NCBI GenBank assembly: GCA_951406725.2
Contig: OX597823.1
Coordinates: forward strand, 65,596,001-65,660,000
Length of the DNA stretch: 64,000 nucleotides
Source of the DNA: Octopus vulgaris
Lineage: Eukaryota
Direction of reading: 5' to 3'
The notes under the pieces are model-generated. The model saw nothing but the letters and a program-made list of their open reading frames with translations. It did no database searches and was not told the DNA's origin. Each line of letters starts with the position of its first letter. The first letter of the stretch is position 1. Shown in pieces: positions 27,655 through 40,859 of this stretch. Made by a program: the position numbers and the translations under genes.

Positions 27655-27838
27655 TGTGTGTGCGAGTGTGTGTGTATGTGCTTGTGTGTGTGTGTTTGTG
27701 TATGTCTGAAGGAAAGCATTTGCTTTATATTTTAACGGTTGCTTTCAACTTCCAACACATTTCATCAAAGCAATAACTAATTTCTATACAGAATATCCAG
27801 TGGTGTATGGCGGTAACAGAATAATGGTCCTGATACAT

Positions 27839-27882
<44 letters not shown>

Positions 27883-27883
27883 T

Positions 27884-28003
27884 ATCACCGTGATCACCGT
27901 GACCGACCAGGCTATCAGATGTTGCAACACATCGCTGGTCACAATGCGCTTCGCATTGTTTTAGCCTTCAAATGACGCCACCCCGCTTGCTAAGCGAGCA
28001 GGG
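27884..28003 (-). mobile_element. 5'-truncated copy of the 6766-7070 SINE
   Basis: Reverse complement matches ~6955-7070; flanked by (TA)n. Confidence 0.8.
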
Positions 28004-28109
28004 CACTATATATATATATGTAAATTTTAGGTGATTTGAAATGATATAATATAATAGGTAATACCTGTTATATTATAATAGGTGGTACCACATAAGCTTA
28101 TATACATAT

Positions 28110-28225
28110 ACAGGGTACGATGGGTATGTTGTCATCATTCTATATTTTTAATTTCGTATAGGCGCATTATTTATTTTGATTTTGGCGAATACACAGTACA
28201 GTAAGGTCGTGTTGGCATTGTCTGT
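28110..28225 (+). mobile_element. Terminal fragment related to the 7150-8026 DD37D element
   Basis: TA-CAGGGTACGATGGGTA..TATATTTTTAAT..GGCATTGTCTG resembles ~7150-7260. Confidence 0.5.
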
Positions 28226-28333
28226 ATGTACTTATCAGTTTATCTATCATCTATCTATCTATCTCTCTATCTCTCCCTCTCTCTTTCTCTCTCTATATAT
28301 ATGTGTGTGTCTGTGTGTGTGTGTATGTCTCTG

Positions 28334-28368
<35 letters not shown>

Positions 28369-28790
28369 GTCTGTCTGTCTCTCTATTTCTCTCTATATAT
28401 AAGAGTGAGTAGACAAACGGAAGAAGGGCACTCAACCAATTTATTGGGAGTTACATGAATGGATCAAAGCAGTTTGATTCAAATTTGTTGGTACTGCTGT
28501 GTTTCAAGTGTGATGCTAGTCGTCAGTCATTATGAAATTGAATTACAGAAGTTTGAATTTGAATGACAGAATACCATAAGGTGGAGTGCGATTGGTTGAG
28601 AAAGGTCACGCGGTGTCGCGGTTTTATGTTTTGTATATGGGGGACATTTACTTGTAAAATACTGTTTGGCGAACAGGAAATTGACCACGTGGATGACAAG
28701 AAATAGAGCACCTGGCGATTAGAAATCGGTCAGATTTGGGGGAAGGGAAGTAGGAAGGGGCGGCATGTGCAAGTATATAGTTCTACACGT

Positions 28791-29790
28791 AATAATAATA
28801 ATGTTCGTCCTTCGGTTCGAAGATGACCAACTGACATCATCTGATGGAACTGGCGCCATGAGACCGGAGGTGGCTGGTGAGGCCAATCCGGGCAAGGAAA
28901 CCCTCCCACAGGTGGGGCAGAAGTGGGTAGGGGCCGTGCTACTGGTGCAGGCGGCTCTGGCTTTACGCATCTGACGTTTCTGCTCCGCTGACCGAATCCG
29001 TCCCTCCTCGGCTGTCCCTGCTCCCACGATGATTGCGCTGCGCCAGGATGAGCGGTTGGCAGCAAGTGACTCCCAGGTCTCTGTTCCGATGGAGAAGTCT
29101 TTGAGAGAGACCTTGAGACTATCCTTGTAGCGCTTCTTCTGCCCTCCGACTTTGCGCCTGCCCTGGCCGAGTTCACCGTAGAAGAGCTGTTTTGGGATGC
29201 GAGTGTCGGACATGCGGGAGACGTGGCCCGCCCATCTCAGCTGGGCCTTGCGCATGATTGTGATGGTGCTAGGGAGATCTGCCTGCTTCAGAACTTCCGT
29301 GTCTGGGACTTTGTCCTGCCAGCGGATGTGAAGGAGGTTCCGAAGACACCTGAGATGGAAGTGGTTTATCTGGCGCTCGTGCCTTCGGTAAGCAGTCCAT
29401 GTCTCGCAGCCGTATAGTAGGGTGGTAAGCACGACTGCCCGGTAGACTTTCAGCTTGGTGTTGAGGCTGATTCCTCTCCGCTCCCAGACTTTCTTTCGCA
29501 GTCTCCCAAACGCGCTGCTTGCCTTGGAGATTCTGTTGATGGTTTCAGCATCTATGTTGGCATTGCAGGAGAGAGTGCTGCCCAGGTAGGTGAAGTTTTC
29601 CACCACTCGTAGGATCCGTCCGTTCACCCTTATCTGAGGCTCATGGTATTGTTTGCCGGGGGCTGGCTGAAACATCACTTCGGTTTTCTTGGCACTGGTG
29701 GTGAGACCGAAGTTGTCACAGGCTGATGAGAACCTGTCCATCTCGAGCTGCATCTCCTGCTCATCGATTGCATTAAGGGCGCAGTCGTCA
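28791..29790 (-). mobile_element. 5'-truncated RTE-clade LINE (RT C-terminal half, (ATT)n tail)
   Basis: ORF 28719-29801: DDCAL..FGL..KKTEVM..FTYLGS..LKVYRAVVLTTLLYGCETW..LRWAGHVSRM..PKQLFYGEL..CPTCG. GC-rich; (AAT)n at 28791-28803. Confidence 0.92.
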
Positions 29791-30093
29791 TACAGGCGCA
29801 CTCATATAGTTTTGCATGCATGTGTACATTCACGCGTGTGCTTCTGTAGATAGGTGCGCACGTCTGTACAGGCACGCGCGTGTGCGCGTTTGGACGCATG
29901 TGTGTATATGCGTGTATATGTGCATGTGTGCGTATGCGTGTGTACATTACTAATGTACCAACATCAAACCACGACACCACGTGACCTTCTTCAATTAATC
30001 GCAGACCACCTTACGTTACTAACAATCAACTACTGTCGTTCAAATTCAAAATGGCTGACGACTAGCATCACGCAGTTTTCATTCATATTTATT

Positions 30094-30173
<80 letters not shown>

Positions 30174-30182
30174 AAGAGAGAG

Positions 30183-30216
<34 letters not shown>

Positions 30217-31031
30217 TGTGTGACATGTGTACACACATACATAAATATGAATGTATATGTTTGTATGCATATTAAAAGACTCATACTTTGGAGTGATAAC
30301 TGAAATAAAAAGAAAGATGGGAGAAAGAGACAGACGTTGGAAAGCAAAGAGAGGCAGAGAGAGAGACGGAGAGAAAGAAAAGAAGTGAGAGAGAGAGAGA
30401 GAGATTAGGTTAAGCAATTGTTATTGCATTTCTTAAATTAAATTTTTATCGAGTTTTTCTTTGATTTTGTGTTTTCTGAATTTATAACTGCTTATGTATA
30501 CGTGTAATTTTTTATTGACATATAAGATTTTTTCCCTTTTAATATTTTTAAAAACTAGTGTTACATTCAAATTCTTTTTAAAGTTTAACTAAGATTTTCT
30601 GAAAGTAGTTTTCCTCAACCGATTCTTTGATATAACGTTGACGGCCAACAGCTAAAAGTACAAAATCATAATTACCTTAACAGCTCTATGGCTATTAAAC
30701 ATAGCACGATAATAATTTCTTAACGCTACTTACTGAAGCGAAAATTTTGATGTTTCTCTTCGCTGGTTTGCGTATGTAAAGAAGTCAAATTATGAGTTCT
30801 AATACAAACGGTATGAACTTTTATAGATACAATAACAAAATGATCGGCGTAAAGGTATTTAAAACATGATGAACATATGTATTCGAATATTGTGGCAGTC
30901 CCACGCCTACTCTTTGTAATGTATTTGTCCTTCAATATTATCTTCCGTGTCTTGGGCCCTTGTGGATAATAAAAAAAAATCAACATTATTATTATTACTA
31001 TTATTATTATTAGTAGTATTATTATTATTAA

Positions 31032-31450
31032 AGGCGGCAAGCTGGTGGATTCATAAGCGTACTGGACGAAATGCTACGTTCTAAATTCGCCGAGGTCGAC
31101 TTTCCCATTGATTATTTTTGAGGGCGATAAAATAAGTACCAGTTGATCACTGGGGTTGATGTAATCGATACATCGCCTTCCTCTAAAATTTCCGGCCCTG
31201 TGCCTACAGCAGAAATGATTATTATTGTTATTATTAAAGGCAGCGAACTTGCAGAGTTATTAGGGTCCTGGAGGAAATGGCTAGCGGTATTTCGCCCGTC
31301 ACTACATCTGATTTCAAATTCCACCGCGATCGACTTCGCATTTCATTCTTTCGGAGTTGGTAAACTAAGTATCAGCTGAGTCTGGGATGGATGTAATGGA
31401 CTTGCCCCTTTCCTCAAAGTATCAGGTCTTGTGTTTATAGTAGAAACGTT
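31032..31450 (+). mobile_element. Two tandem copies of the abundant SINE-like family separated by (ATT)n
   Basis: Heads at ~31032 and ~31237, with shared CAAATTCC..GTCGACTT..AAGTACCAGTT blocks. Confidence 0.75.
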
Positions 31451-31473
31451 TATTATTGTTGTTGTTGTTGTTG

Positions 31474-31510
<37 letters not shown>

Positions 31511-34100
31511 GCAGTAGTTTTATTTTTATTTTTATAGCGTGCTTTCACTTCACTACCGAGCGCAGCTCTGTGTGCCTTGGGTATGTGCTGTGATTTGTTG
31601 TGATGCTCTGATGGTTATTGTATGGAAAGTGTTCTGCGTAGGATGTGTGCAGTGCCTAGTAGTGCAATTTTCTGTATGTTATATGTGTTTGTAAGTCCTG
31701 GTGTTTTTGTTATGTATTTGTCTGAATATTTTTTTATCATGCCTAATGCACCTACTATGATAGGAATTGTTTCTGTTTTCAGATTCCACATTCTGGTTAC
31801 CTCTATTTCCAGGTCTTTGTATTTTGAGAGTTTCTCCATTTCTTTTAGAGACACGTTGTCATCAGCCGGTATTGATACATCAATTAGAAAGCATTTTTTT
31901 CTTCATGGTCTCTGACAACTATATCTGGTCTGTTGGCCTTAATTTCTCTATCTGTGTGTATCGGCATATCCCAGAGTATGGTTGCTTTCTCGTTTTCTGT
32001 GACCTTTTCTGGTGTGTGCCTATACCATCTTTTTTCTGTTGTTATTCCATAATGTTGGCATAGCTTCCAATGTATGTAGGTTCCAACTCTGTCATGTCTG
32101 TGAATATATTCCTTCTTAGCCAGGACTGGGCAGCTAGAGATAATATGATTTATTGTTTCTTGTCCATCTCCACATATTCTGCAGTTACTTGTAATATTTC
32201 TTTTCATTACATGTTTTTGGTAATTTCTGGTGGGGAGGCTTTGGTCTTGTGCTGCAATTAAAAATCCCTCTGTTTCTGCTTTGAGTCCTGAGCTTCTCAA
32301 GCATAGCTGGGATTTTTCTTTGTCTATTTCTTTTGCGTTTAGTTTAGTGCAGTATTTACCATGAAGGGGCTTTTCTTGCCATCGTTTTATCATGGTTCGT
32401 TGCTGTTCTATTTTTAGTTTGGATTTCATTTGTTTTATAGCTTTTGTTGTTTCTTCATCTTCTTCTTCTTCTTCATGTTTATTAGGTGGTATGATTTCTT
32501 GTTTGTATTTGTCAGCTTCCTTAAATACTGAGAACAGTTTTTTGTTTTGCTCGTGTTTTGCCGCTATCTGGATCAGTTTTCCTTCCTTCTGAAGTAGATA
32601 TTTTTGCAGTCCTATGGTGGTTATTTTATAGTAGTTTTCCAGCTGTATAAGGCCTCTACCACCTTCTATACGTTGTATATATAGTCTTTCTATGTCAGAT
32701 TTTGGGTGATGCATCCTAGATCCTGTCATTATTTTTCTTGTTTTCCTATCTATTTTGGTCAGTTCATTTCGTGTCCAGTTAAGGATATTGTAGCTGTAAC
32801 TTATAACTGGGACAGCTAAAGTGTTGATACCTATTATCTTGTTTTTAGCATTGGGCTCTGTGTTTAGTATTGATCTAACTCGTCTATAATATTCTTTTTT
32901 TATTTTCTCTTTCATTTGTGTGTGTTGTGTCTTATCTAGTTCATGGATTCCTAAGTATTTGTAAGTTTGGCTTTGGTCTAATTCTTTTATTTCATTGGTT
33001 TTATCTAGTGTGATGTTGTTACTCTTAACTAGTTTTCCTCTTTTCATGGTTACTTTGGCGCATTTTTCTAATCCAAATTTCATATCTATTTCTTTGGTAA
33101 ATCCTTGAACTGTCTTTAATAGTGTTTCCAGCTGTTTGTCATTTGCAGCGTATAGTTTTAGGTCATCCATATATAAAAGGTGGCTGATCATTTTGCCGTA
33201 ACATTTATATCCGCATCCAGTTCTATTTAGCATATCAGATAGGGGTGACAGTGCCAAGCAGAAAAGGAGTGGAGAGAGCGGGTCTCCCTGGAATATTCCT
33301 CTTCTAATGGGGATGTCTTTGGTTTTCATGAGTCCCTCTTTTGCTTGGAGGCGTAGGACTGTTTGCCATTTATTCATAGAGTTCTCTATGAATTTTATGA
33401 TTGTTGGTGCTACTTTGTTAATGGCTAGTGTTTCGAGGATCCATGTGTGGGGGATGCTATCAAACGCCTTTTTGTAGTCAATCCAGGCCATACTGAGGCC
33501 TTTCTTCTTTCTGTGGCTGTCTTCAGTTATGGCTTTATTAATCATTAGTTGATCTTTACAGCCATATGAGCCTTTGCGACATCCTTTCTGCTCTTCTGGG
33601 AACAGTTTGTTTTCGTCCAGGTGCTTGTTCAGCCTTTGTGATATCACTGCAGTAAATGCCTTGAACATAGTAGGGAGGCAGGTTATTGGTCTGTAGCTTT
33701 CTGGTTTTTCTGTTTCATTTGATTTGGGAATTAAGACGGTTTTCCCCTTCGTGAGCCATTCAGGCATTGTCTCTGGCTCTGCTAGTACGTTGTTAAAGTT
33801 TTCAGCCAGCTTTTTGTGCATTCCTGTTAGATATTTCAACCAGAAGTTGGGGATCTTGTCATGCCCAGGTGCCTTCCAGTTGCTTAGTCTTTGCAGTGCC
33901 TGGGTGACCTCTTCAGTTGTTATGGGGGTCCAAAGTTGTTCAGATGCCGAGCTTGTTATTCTGATACTCCTTTTTTTGGTGGTTCGTTCGCCGACCATAT
34001 TTCTCCCCAGAATTCTTCCAATTCTTCTGCCGTTGGTGCTGCAGTGACTTCTATTTTATTTTTTCCCAGTTCTTGGTAGAACTTTTTGGGGTTGGAGTTG
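31511..34100 (-). mobile_element. 5'-truncated R4/Dong-clade non-LTR retrotransposon (RT, CCHC finger, restriction-like endonuclease), two frameshifts
   Basis: 704-aa ORF: KAPGHD, YRPITCL, DYKKAFDSIPH, GIFQGDPLSP, YMDD, YKYLG, CRICG..ETINHIISSC, RHD, RPDIV. Continues frameshifted into IDVS..KLSKYKDL..ALLGTAHILRR (31615-31854). Both ends abut (TAA)n. Confidence 0.93.
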
Positions 34101-34103
34101 ATA

Positions 34104-34176
<73 letters not shown>

Positions 34177-34179
<3 letters not shown>

Positions 34180-35100
34180 CAGCATACACGGACGATGTCA
34201 CCACCATGGTGTCAGACGCCTCCGAAATGGAGACGGTTGGCACCATCTTAAAGGAATATGAGTCGGCTGCAGGGGCTAAAATCAATGCCGAGAAATCGGT
34301 TGGTTTGCGGTTGGACTCTTGGAGAGACAGGATGATGACTCGGATGGCGTCCTCGGATACTGGACCGATGGACCAGTTAAAGTACTCGCGATCTTGTTTG
34401 GTCCTGACCTCTAGATTGATAAAAACTCGGACGAGGTGGCGAACAGTGTGGTCAGTCTTACCCAGAAATGGGCTGAAAGAAAGCTGTTTCTGAAAAGTCG
34501 AGCAGAGGTGGCCAATGCTTACATCGCCTCCGTTATCATTTATCGCCTGACCGGCGTGCCTTGTCCTAGTTACTGCTTGACCAGGTTGGAGAGTCTCTCA
34601 TTTAAATTCTTGTGGAAGAGACGCATTCCAATGGTCAGGCGGTCTATCTGGACGGTGAGCGCGTGTGGGCTCCGTTTGTGAGACTCACCTTTTCGCAGCT
34701 CGTCTCCTTGACAGACCTGCAGTCCTGGGTGATGAAAATACCGAGACTGGGCGCCAAGCACCTAGAATGCCTTCAGGCCCTCACAGGCTCTATCACTGGG
34801 GCAATGTGATCGGTGGATGTTCCATTCTAAAAATTTATAGAGGAATGGTGACGCGGAAGTGCAACGACGTTCTCGGGAAATATCTGGACGCCGATGAGAA
34901 CGAACTGGCTAGTGTGTTCCAGAGGATTTTCCAATCGGGAACTATCATGGATAATTTCCAGATGCCCTTGGCTTGGCAAAGCTACCGGCGGACGCTACCG
35001 CTTCGAGACAAGCTCCACAGGCACAGATGTGCGGTCAGAGGTGCGCGCAGAGTGTCGAAACCGTCCTGCACGTCCTCGTTCAGTGTCCGGGCATTACTGA
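34177..35100 (+). mobile_element. L1/Tx1-clade LINE ORF2 fragment (RT end and C-terminus), decayed
   Basis: SAYTDDVT..YESAAGAKINAEKSVGL; WAERKLFLKSRAEVANAYIASVIIYRL; AWQSYRRTLPLRDKL; ETVLHVLVQC-like zinc-finger remnant. Confidence 0.8.
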
Positions 35101-35520
35101 CATTCATTCTCGGGATCGATAAAATAAGTACCAGTAAGCAGTGTAGTCGATGTAATCGACTTAATTCCTTTCCCCCAAATTTCAGACCTTGTGTTTATTG
35201 CAGAAAGGATTATTATTGTTATTATTAAGGCGGCGACTTGGTAGATTGGTTAGAACGCTGGATGAAATACTTAGCGGAATTTCGGTCGTCGCTGTGTTCT
35301 GAGATCAAATTCCGCCGAGGTTTAGCAGTAATACTTCCTCCATTTTACTTCTGATCTCACATCATTGCGTGGGGGAGTTTGTTTTTAATTATTTTAAGGA
35401 TCGCTGAAAAGGAGAATAATCTGTCAAGTACTGGGGACGTAATCGGCCACAATACTTCTTTCCTTTTTAAGACTTAAGATTAATTCAACAGTCTGTCAAG
35501 CAGTGAGCAGTAGTTGGATA

Positions 35521-35586
<66 letters not shown>

Positions 35587-35900
35587 GTCTCCATCTTCTT
35601 TCAGTCTCCGTCTACCAAATCAACTCTCAAGTTTTTTGTAGGCCTGACGCTATAGTAGAATACACTTGCCCAACGTCTGTCTGTCCTTGTTTGTCTCCTC
35701 TGTGTTTAGCTCCTTGCGGGTAGTAAAGAAATAGGTATTTTGCCCGTCGCTTCTTTCTAAGTTCAAATTCCACCGAGGTCGACTATGCATTTCATGCTTT
35801 CGATGTCGATAGAATAAGTACCAGTTGAACACTGGGGTCGACGTAATCGACTTATCCCCTGCCCCAAGTTGCTGCCCTTGTGAAAAAATTTGAAACAATT
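35101..35900 (+). mobile_element. Cluster of SINE fragments around (CA)n
   Basis: Blocks matching the 11853-12437 family at ~35101-35215, 35228-35320 and 35675-35900, and the 12586 family at ~35585-35672. Confidence 0.7.
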
Positions 35901-36141
35901 ATTATTTTTAGTGTTGAGAGCATTTCTTTGTTTTTTCAATGCGAATTAAAATGTCAGTGCTGTTGTTTAGTCTCCGAGAGATACGGAGTTTGATTCTCTG
36001 TAGTGGCTTGTGGCCTCTATTTACGTGTATATGATTATTTTATCCTATTTTCTAAAGCCGTTTTTCATGGCTGTCGTTCTGCGCTCGAGGTTAACTTCGT
36101 ATCTCAACGCACTCGACGCTCAAATATTTATATACATTTAC

Positions 36142-36211
<70 letters not shown>

Positions 36212-36224
36212 TGGTGGCACCTTT

Positions 36225-36500
36225 TGCATTCCATATGTCAAACTCTCGTGAACATGCTCACAAAATCAAATTACAACTCAGTTCTCATGACTGTCGGAAT
36301 TGTTGTTACGACTCTCGGAATTGTTGTCATGTCTCTCGGAATTGTTGATGCATGGAATAAACTGCCCACATCAGTCGTTAGCTGTCGAGACACTATATCC
36401 TTCAAAACTTTCATACTTCTTGAAATCAACCAGCAGTACACCTGATAGCTTTATTTTTCTTAGTTGTAGTGCTCCTGAGTACTGTATACAATAATTTATT
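36225..36500 (+). mobile_element. CR1-group LINE 3' end with a 21-bp internal triplication
   Basis: SREHAHKIKLQ..; IVDAWNKLPTSVVSCRDTISFK (typical 'WNxLP..V....FK' end); (T/C)TCGGAATTGTTG three times at 21-bp spacing. Confidence 0.65.
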
Positions 36501-36565
36501 TCATATACATATATATATATATATATATAATAAAGATTCAGTTGAATTGGGTACGTTTGCTTATT

Positions 36566-36779
36566 CTTTTCTACTCTAGGTACAAGGCCCGGAAAGTTTG
36601 GGAAGGGGGCCAGTTGATTAGAACGACCCTAGTACGAAACTGGTACTTAATTTATCGACCCCGAAAAGATGAAATGCAAAGTCGACCTCGGCGGAATCTG
36701 AACTCAGAATGTAATGACAAACGAAATACTGCTAAGCATTTCGCCCGGCATGCTAACGCTTCTGCCAACTTGCCGCCTT
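36566..36779 (-). mobile_element. Full-length copy of the abundant SINE-like family
   Basis: Minus-strand head AAGGCGGCAAGTTGGCAGAAGCGTTAGCATGCCGGGCGAAATG; matches 12300-12437. Confidence 0.8.
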
Positions 36780-37875
36780 ATGACCTACATATCTTACGAA
36801 AAGAAGTGTATGATGTTGACATTCTGAAGATATAAAATGATATTTGTTGTTAAACTGTTTTTGTCACCTGGAGCATTAATGATATTAATACAACAGGAGA
36901 AAAATATTGCCAATGCATTATATTAGATAACGAAGTTTTGGAAATGTTTTGAGCGTATAAGTAGGTTCTGAAAAACAAAAATTGTAGTGTATTTGATATC
37001 GAGAAATAGATAATGCAATATTTCTATTGTTCAAAATAATACAACAAAAGCCTTGTATATTTATGTATAAGGAAAAACAATAAAAGAAATCATTTCAACA
37101 GATTTCGATTTGTGCCTATTTGTTTGTATTCATATAATTTATTTTTCTGATCTGCACTGTTTACTAAATTATTTGTTCTGAAACAGTGTGTTGTAACTAA
37201 AACAATTACTTTGCGGATAAATCCTTTTAACAAAGACGAAAACTAAACATGTCTAAACTTATCTACGATGTAATAATTATATAATTAACTTACATTTTAT
37301 TCTATTGAACACACTAACTTATTTCACTCACATAATAAATGACGCAGAGTTTTCTTTTATCTCTATGGTTTATTTTTTGTACTTTACATGTATTAATTAA
37401 AATACAATACGTAAGTTAATTTCAACATATACACTGCATAGGCCGTTGTATATGTAGATATATTTGCTTATGGAGAAGATGTTGGAATTTAACTATTCAT
37501 CGAATAGTTTACACATATACATATCCTACATAGCATACATACATACTTTTGCCAAAATTTTAAACTACAATAATACATAGATATATTCACCTGGGTATGA
37601 GTTGATAGCATGTATCTAACTTACAATAATTCTATTTGGGCCCCTACAATATTCGAGCAGACGTCCTTTCAGCCGTCCTCATTTTTGACCTAGAAGAATA
37701 TTCATGCTGGGACAGCTAGAGGCAATGATATTTGCAATAACAATTAGTTGGTATTGGATTCAATGCTCTCCTCCATACACATCTCACCACGCTATCTATG
37801 ATACTGAACTCATGTCTTAATGATTGTATAAGTAACACCTTAGCTTCAAGCTCACAGTCTTTCCTATAATAGACA

Positions 37876-37953
<78 letters not shown>

Positions 37954-38083
37954 TACTCGCATAGCAAGTAATTTGATCTGAGATCGTGTGCTGAAACGAA
38001 AACAATTGCAGCGTGGAAGGTGTTTATAAGCCATTTAAGAAACACACAAAAGCCGTTCGATTCACTTCAACATTTAAGTTTAA

Positions 38084-38133
38084 TTTGTCAAAATATTTTC
38101 GTCGCTAAAATCCGCGACCCGTTCACTGACAAA
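38084..38133 (-). ncRNA. Minimal hammerhead-like motif with G3:C8 swapped core
   Basis: Minus strand: TTTGTCA-GTGAACG-G-GTCGC(GGATTTTA)GCGAC-GAAA-ATAT-TT-TGACAAA. 7-bp stem I, 5-bp stem II, palindromic stem III. Confidence 0.6.
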
Positions 38134-38228
38134 AATCCGTGCTGCATCTATATATATGTGTGTGTGTGTATGTATGTATGTATGTATGTAAGTATGCATG
38201 TATGTATGTATGTATGTATGTATGTATG

Positions 38229-38259
<31 letters not shown>

Positions 38260-38289
38260 GCAAGCAAGTAGGTAAAATCCCTAGCGGAC

Positions 38290-38840
38290 GATCGGAGGGG
38301 TAGGCTGTCCTCTCAACCAATACACTGCTGTGGGTACCGCTGGATGACAGATTCTGATGATGCTATAATTCCACGCTTTTCTATACATGGCGCTGGCCTT
38401 AATATACCTGAGGTCGACCTGCTAACATTTCAGGTCTTCCTCAGTTTATTTCGCCCATGTCGTCTTTATTGAGATGCACTGGATTCTTGGGTGCGTGGGT
38501 TGCTGACACCACAAAAGCTAGTGTGGTAGTCTTCCGGTAACCATCATGTAGGCGTGGCCAAATCACTTTGCCTGTGCTGCCGGACTTCGACTTCAAATAT
38601 CGGCTGCTGCTGGTATTATTATTCTTGGATGTTTTTTTTTTTTTGAGATGAAGTCGCTTAGAGAGACATCAAGGTTATAACGATGACACCACATATGGAG
38701 CACACCCAGCTTGTTCAAACCCTGTTTCAGGATGGTCCAGGTCTGAGTGTTGTGGAAAAGGGCAGACAGAACCAGCTTGCAGAAATGATGGATCCTTGAC
38801 CTTAGGGAGAGTTTGGGTTTCTCCCAGACACAACCTTGAA
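38290..38840 (-). mobile_element. Decayed RTE-type LINE 3' fragment
   Basis: ORF 38593-38961: VWEKPKLSLRSRIHHFCKLVLSALFHNTQTWT..KLGVLHMWCHRYNL parallels the RTE motif 'S..TK..VY...VL..LLYG.ETW..F..RCLR.IL'. Confidence 0.65.
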
Positions 38841-39034
38841 GGGATACATACACATACGTACAAGCATACATTCGTATATACTCGCAATTGCTTACATGTA
38901 GACACACGCATACACACACATACACACACACACATATATATATGTGTGTGTGTGTGTGCACACACAGTTATATACTCAATGTTTCATGCATTAAATACTT
39001 TAGCGTTAACTTTCCTTGTTATATGTTACTTTTT

Positions 39035-39098
<64 letters not shown>

Positions 39099-39925
39099 TA
39101 CAATAATAATATTTGGATAAATGCTTTTAATACCATATGCTAGTATATAGGTGTTATTCTTTCGTCATTTGATATCCTCTTATTCCGTTTGGAAAGTATT
39201 GTATTTTCTCTCTTTTCAACTCACATAAAATATATTTGTTGTGGTTGTCACCAATTGTTCCTGACATGTTTTCTCACACTATTCTCCTGAACTCTAATGG
39301 CTATATACAAAAACTTACAGAACTCGTAACGACTGCTAATCATTTTCACCAGTTATCACATCTGCAATGACATCGTTCATAAATATTTAATTGAAATTAT
39401 CATTTCCATTTCCTTCTTTTTCCTTTGACAATTTTCTCCCTTATGTCTATCACTGCCTCTGACAATAAACTTCTACGATTGTAAATATGGCTAAATAATG
39501 CTATCGCCATCATTTTCATCTATATTTGCAGTAATTAATTCTTTTATAAGACAAAGAAGTTGCTGCCGTTGCTGCTGCTGCTGCTGCTGCTGCTATTGCT
39601 GATGTCGGCGTAGATGATGTAAATCATTTTGTTACTAATTAGCCCCCGTTTAATTCTGACAGGAAAGTCAAAAGTTATTTCAAAGGTGCGCTAACTATGT
39701 TACTCGGTGTCTAATTATAAAATAGGATTATCAAGCAGATTGCTACTTTCTGCGATGTCCTTTATCAGAAAACAAGACATCATTTAGGGATAGTTGGTTA
39801 CTAGATTTATTTGTAAATATAAACCTCACAAGCTAGTGGTTCCTCTCTGGTTTTCACACGGAGTGGTTTGCAAATGTTTTAAATATCCGGGAAATCGTTC
39901 TGATACTCAGCTGTTCCAACTCGAA

Positions 39926-39992
39926 TATATATTTCTAGTTAAGAATAAGGATATTACCATATATTTCTAGTTAAGAATAAGGATGTTACCAT
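39926..39992. repeat. 33-bp tandem duplication
   Basis: ATATATTTCTAGTTAAGAATAAGGAT(A/G)TTACC occurs twice. Confidence 0.85.
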
Positions 39993-40859
39993 CACAAACG
40001 TTCTAATACCTGTCTCTATAATTAAATTGATATTGCTTATAGTGAAAATAAGCGAGCTTTTACGTGAGTGGTTTATTTCCTTGAAACAGTAAAAGAATTC
40101 CCTTCAACTCATACTTTAACCTTTAAGCAAGGGGAATGCATACAGTGTAATATAATAATAGCTACAGAACCCCTAAACAAAAATGATGTGATACGCTCCA
40201 TCAACTATGTTATGATTCTTAACCACAACCACAACATATGTAACAGCAAAAGCAATATCAAAGCACTAGCAGTATATATGCTCATGAATACATTGTGAGT
40301 CACGGAGTGTATGCGTAATATTAGTAACTTCGGTTCATATAAGGAACAGATAAATCTCACAGTTCAGCTTATGACACAATTAGAATGTTTTAGAACTTCT
40401 CATGGTATACCGAAAATATTCGCATCCAACAACGTATCTTTGGTTCACTATTGCTACTTGTGTCCTAGGTGATTTCTCGCTAGTTTCCCGTATTCTCACT
40501 TAATTGTATCACGGAGGATGCCTGAAATGTTAAGGGCATTTGGTAGCAGAGTGAATGAAACACTTTACAAATAGACTACCACATTTTAGTCAAATAAAAT
40601 CTGACTTAGAATCTTGCCGATGATAAGTTCGTATTTCATACTATTAGGTATTTATTGGTGCTGACATTCTCTGCTTTTTATATGTGCTATAGTTTATTTT
40701 GTTATCTCTAGTATATTGATTGCGTTCAGCATAATATGGGTACAGGATCTAGTAGTATTTATTTTCAGTATGTTTTATGGGGAAACACAACAAGGATAAA
40801 TGAAACATTGAACGAGCAATGCAAATGTGTTTTAACCCCACACTTACAGCACATGCAAG

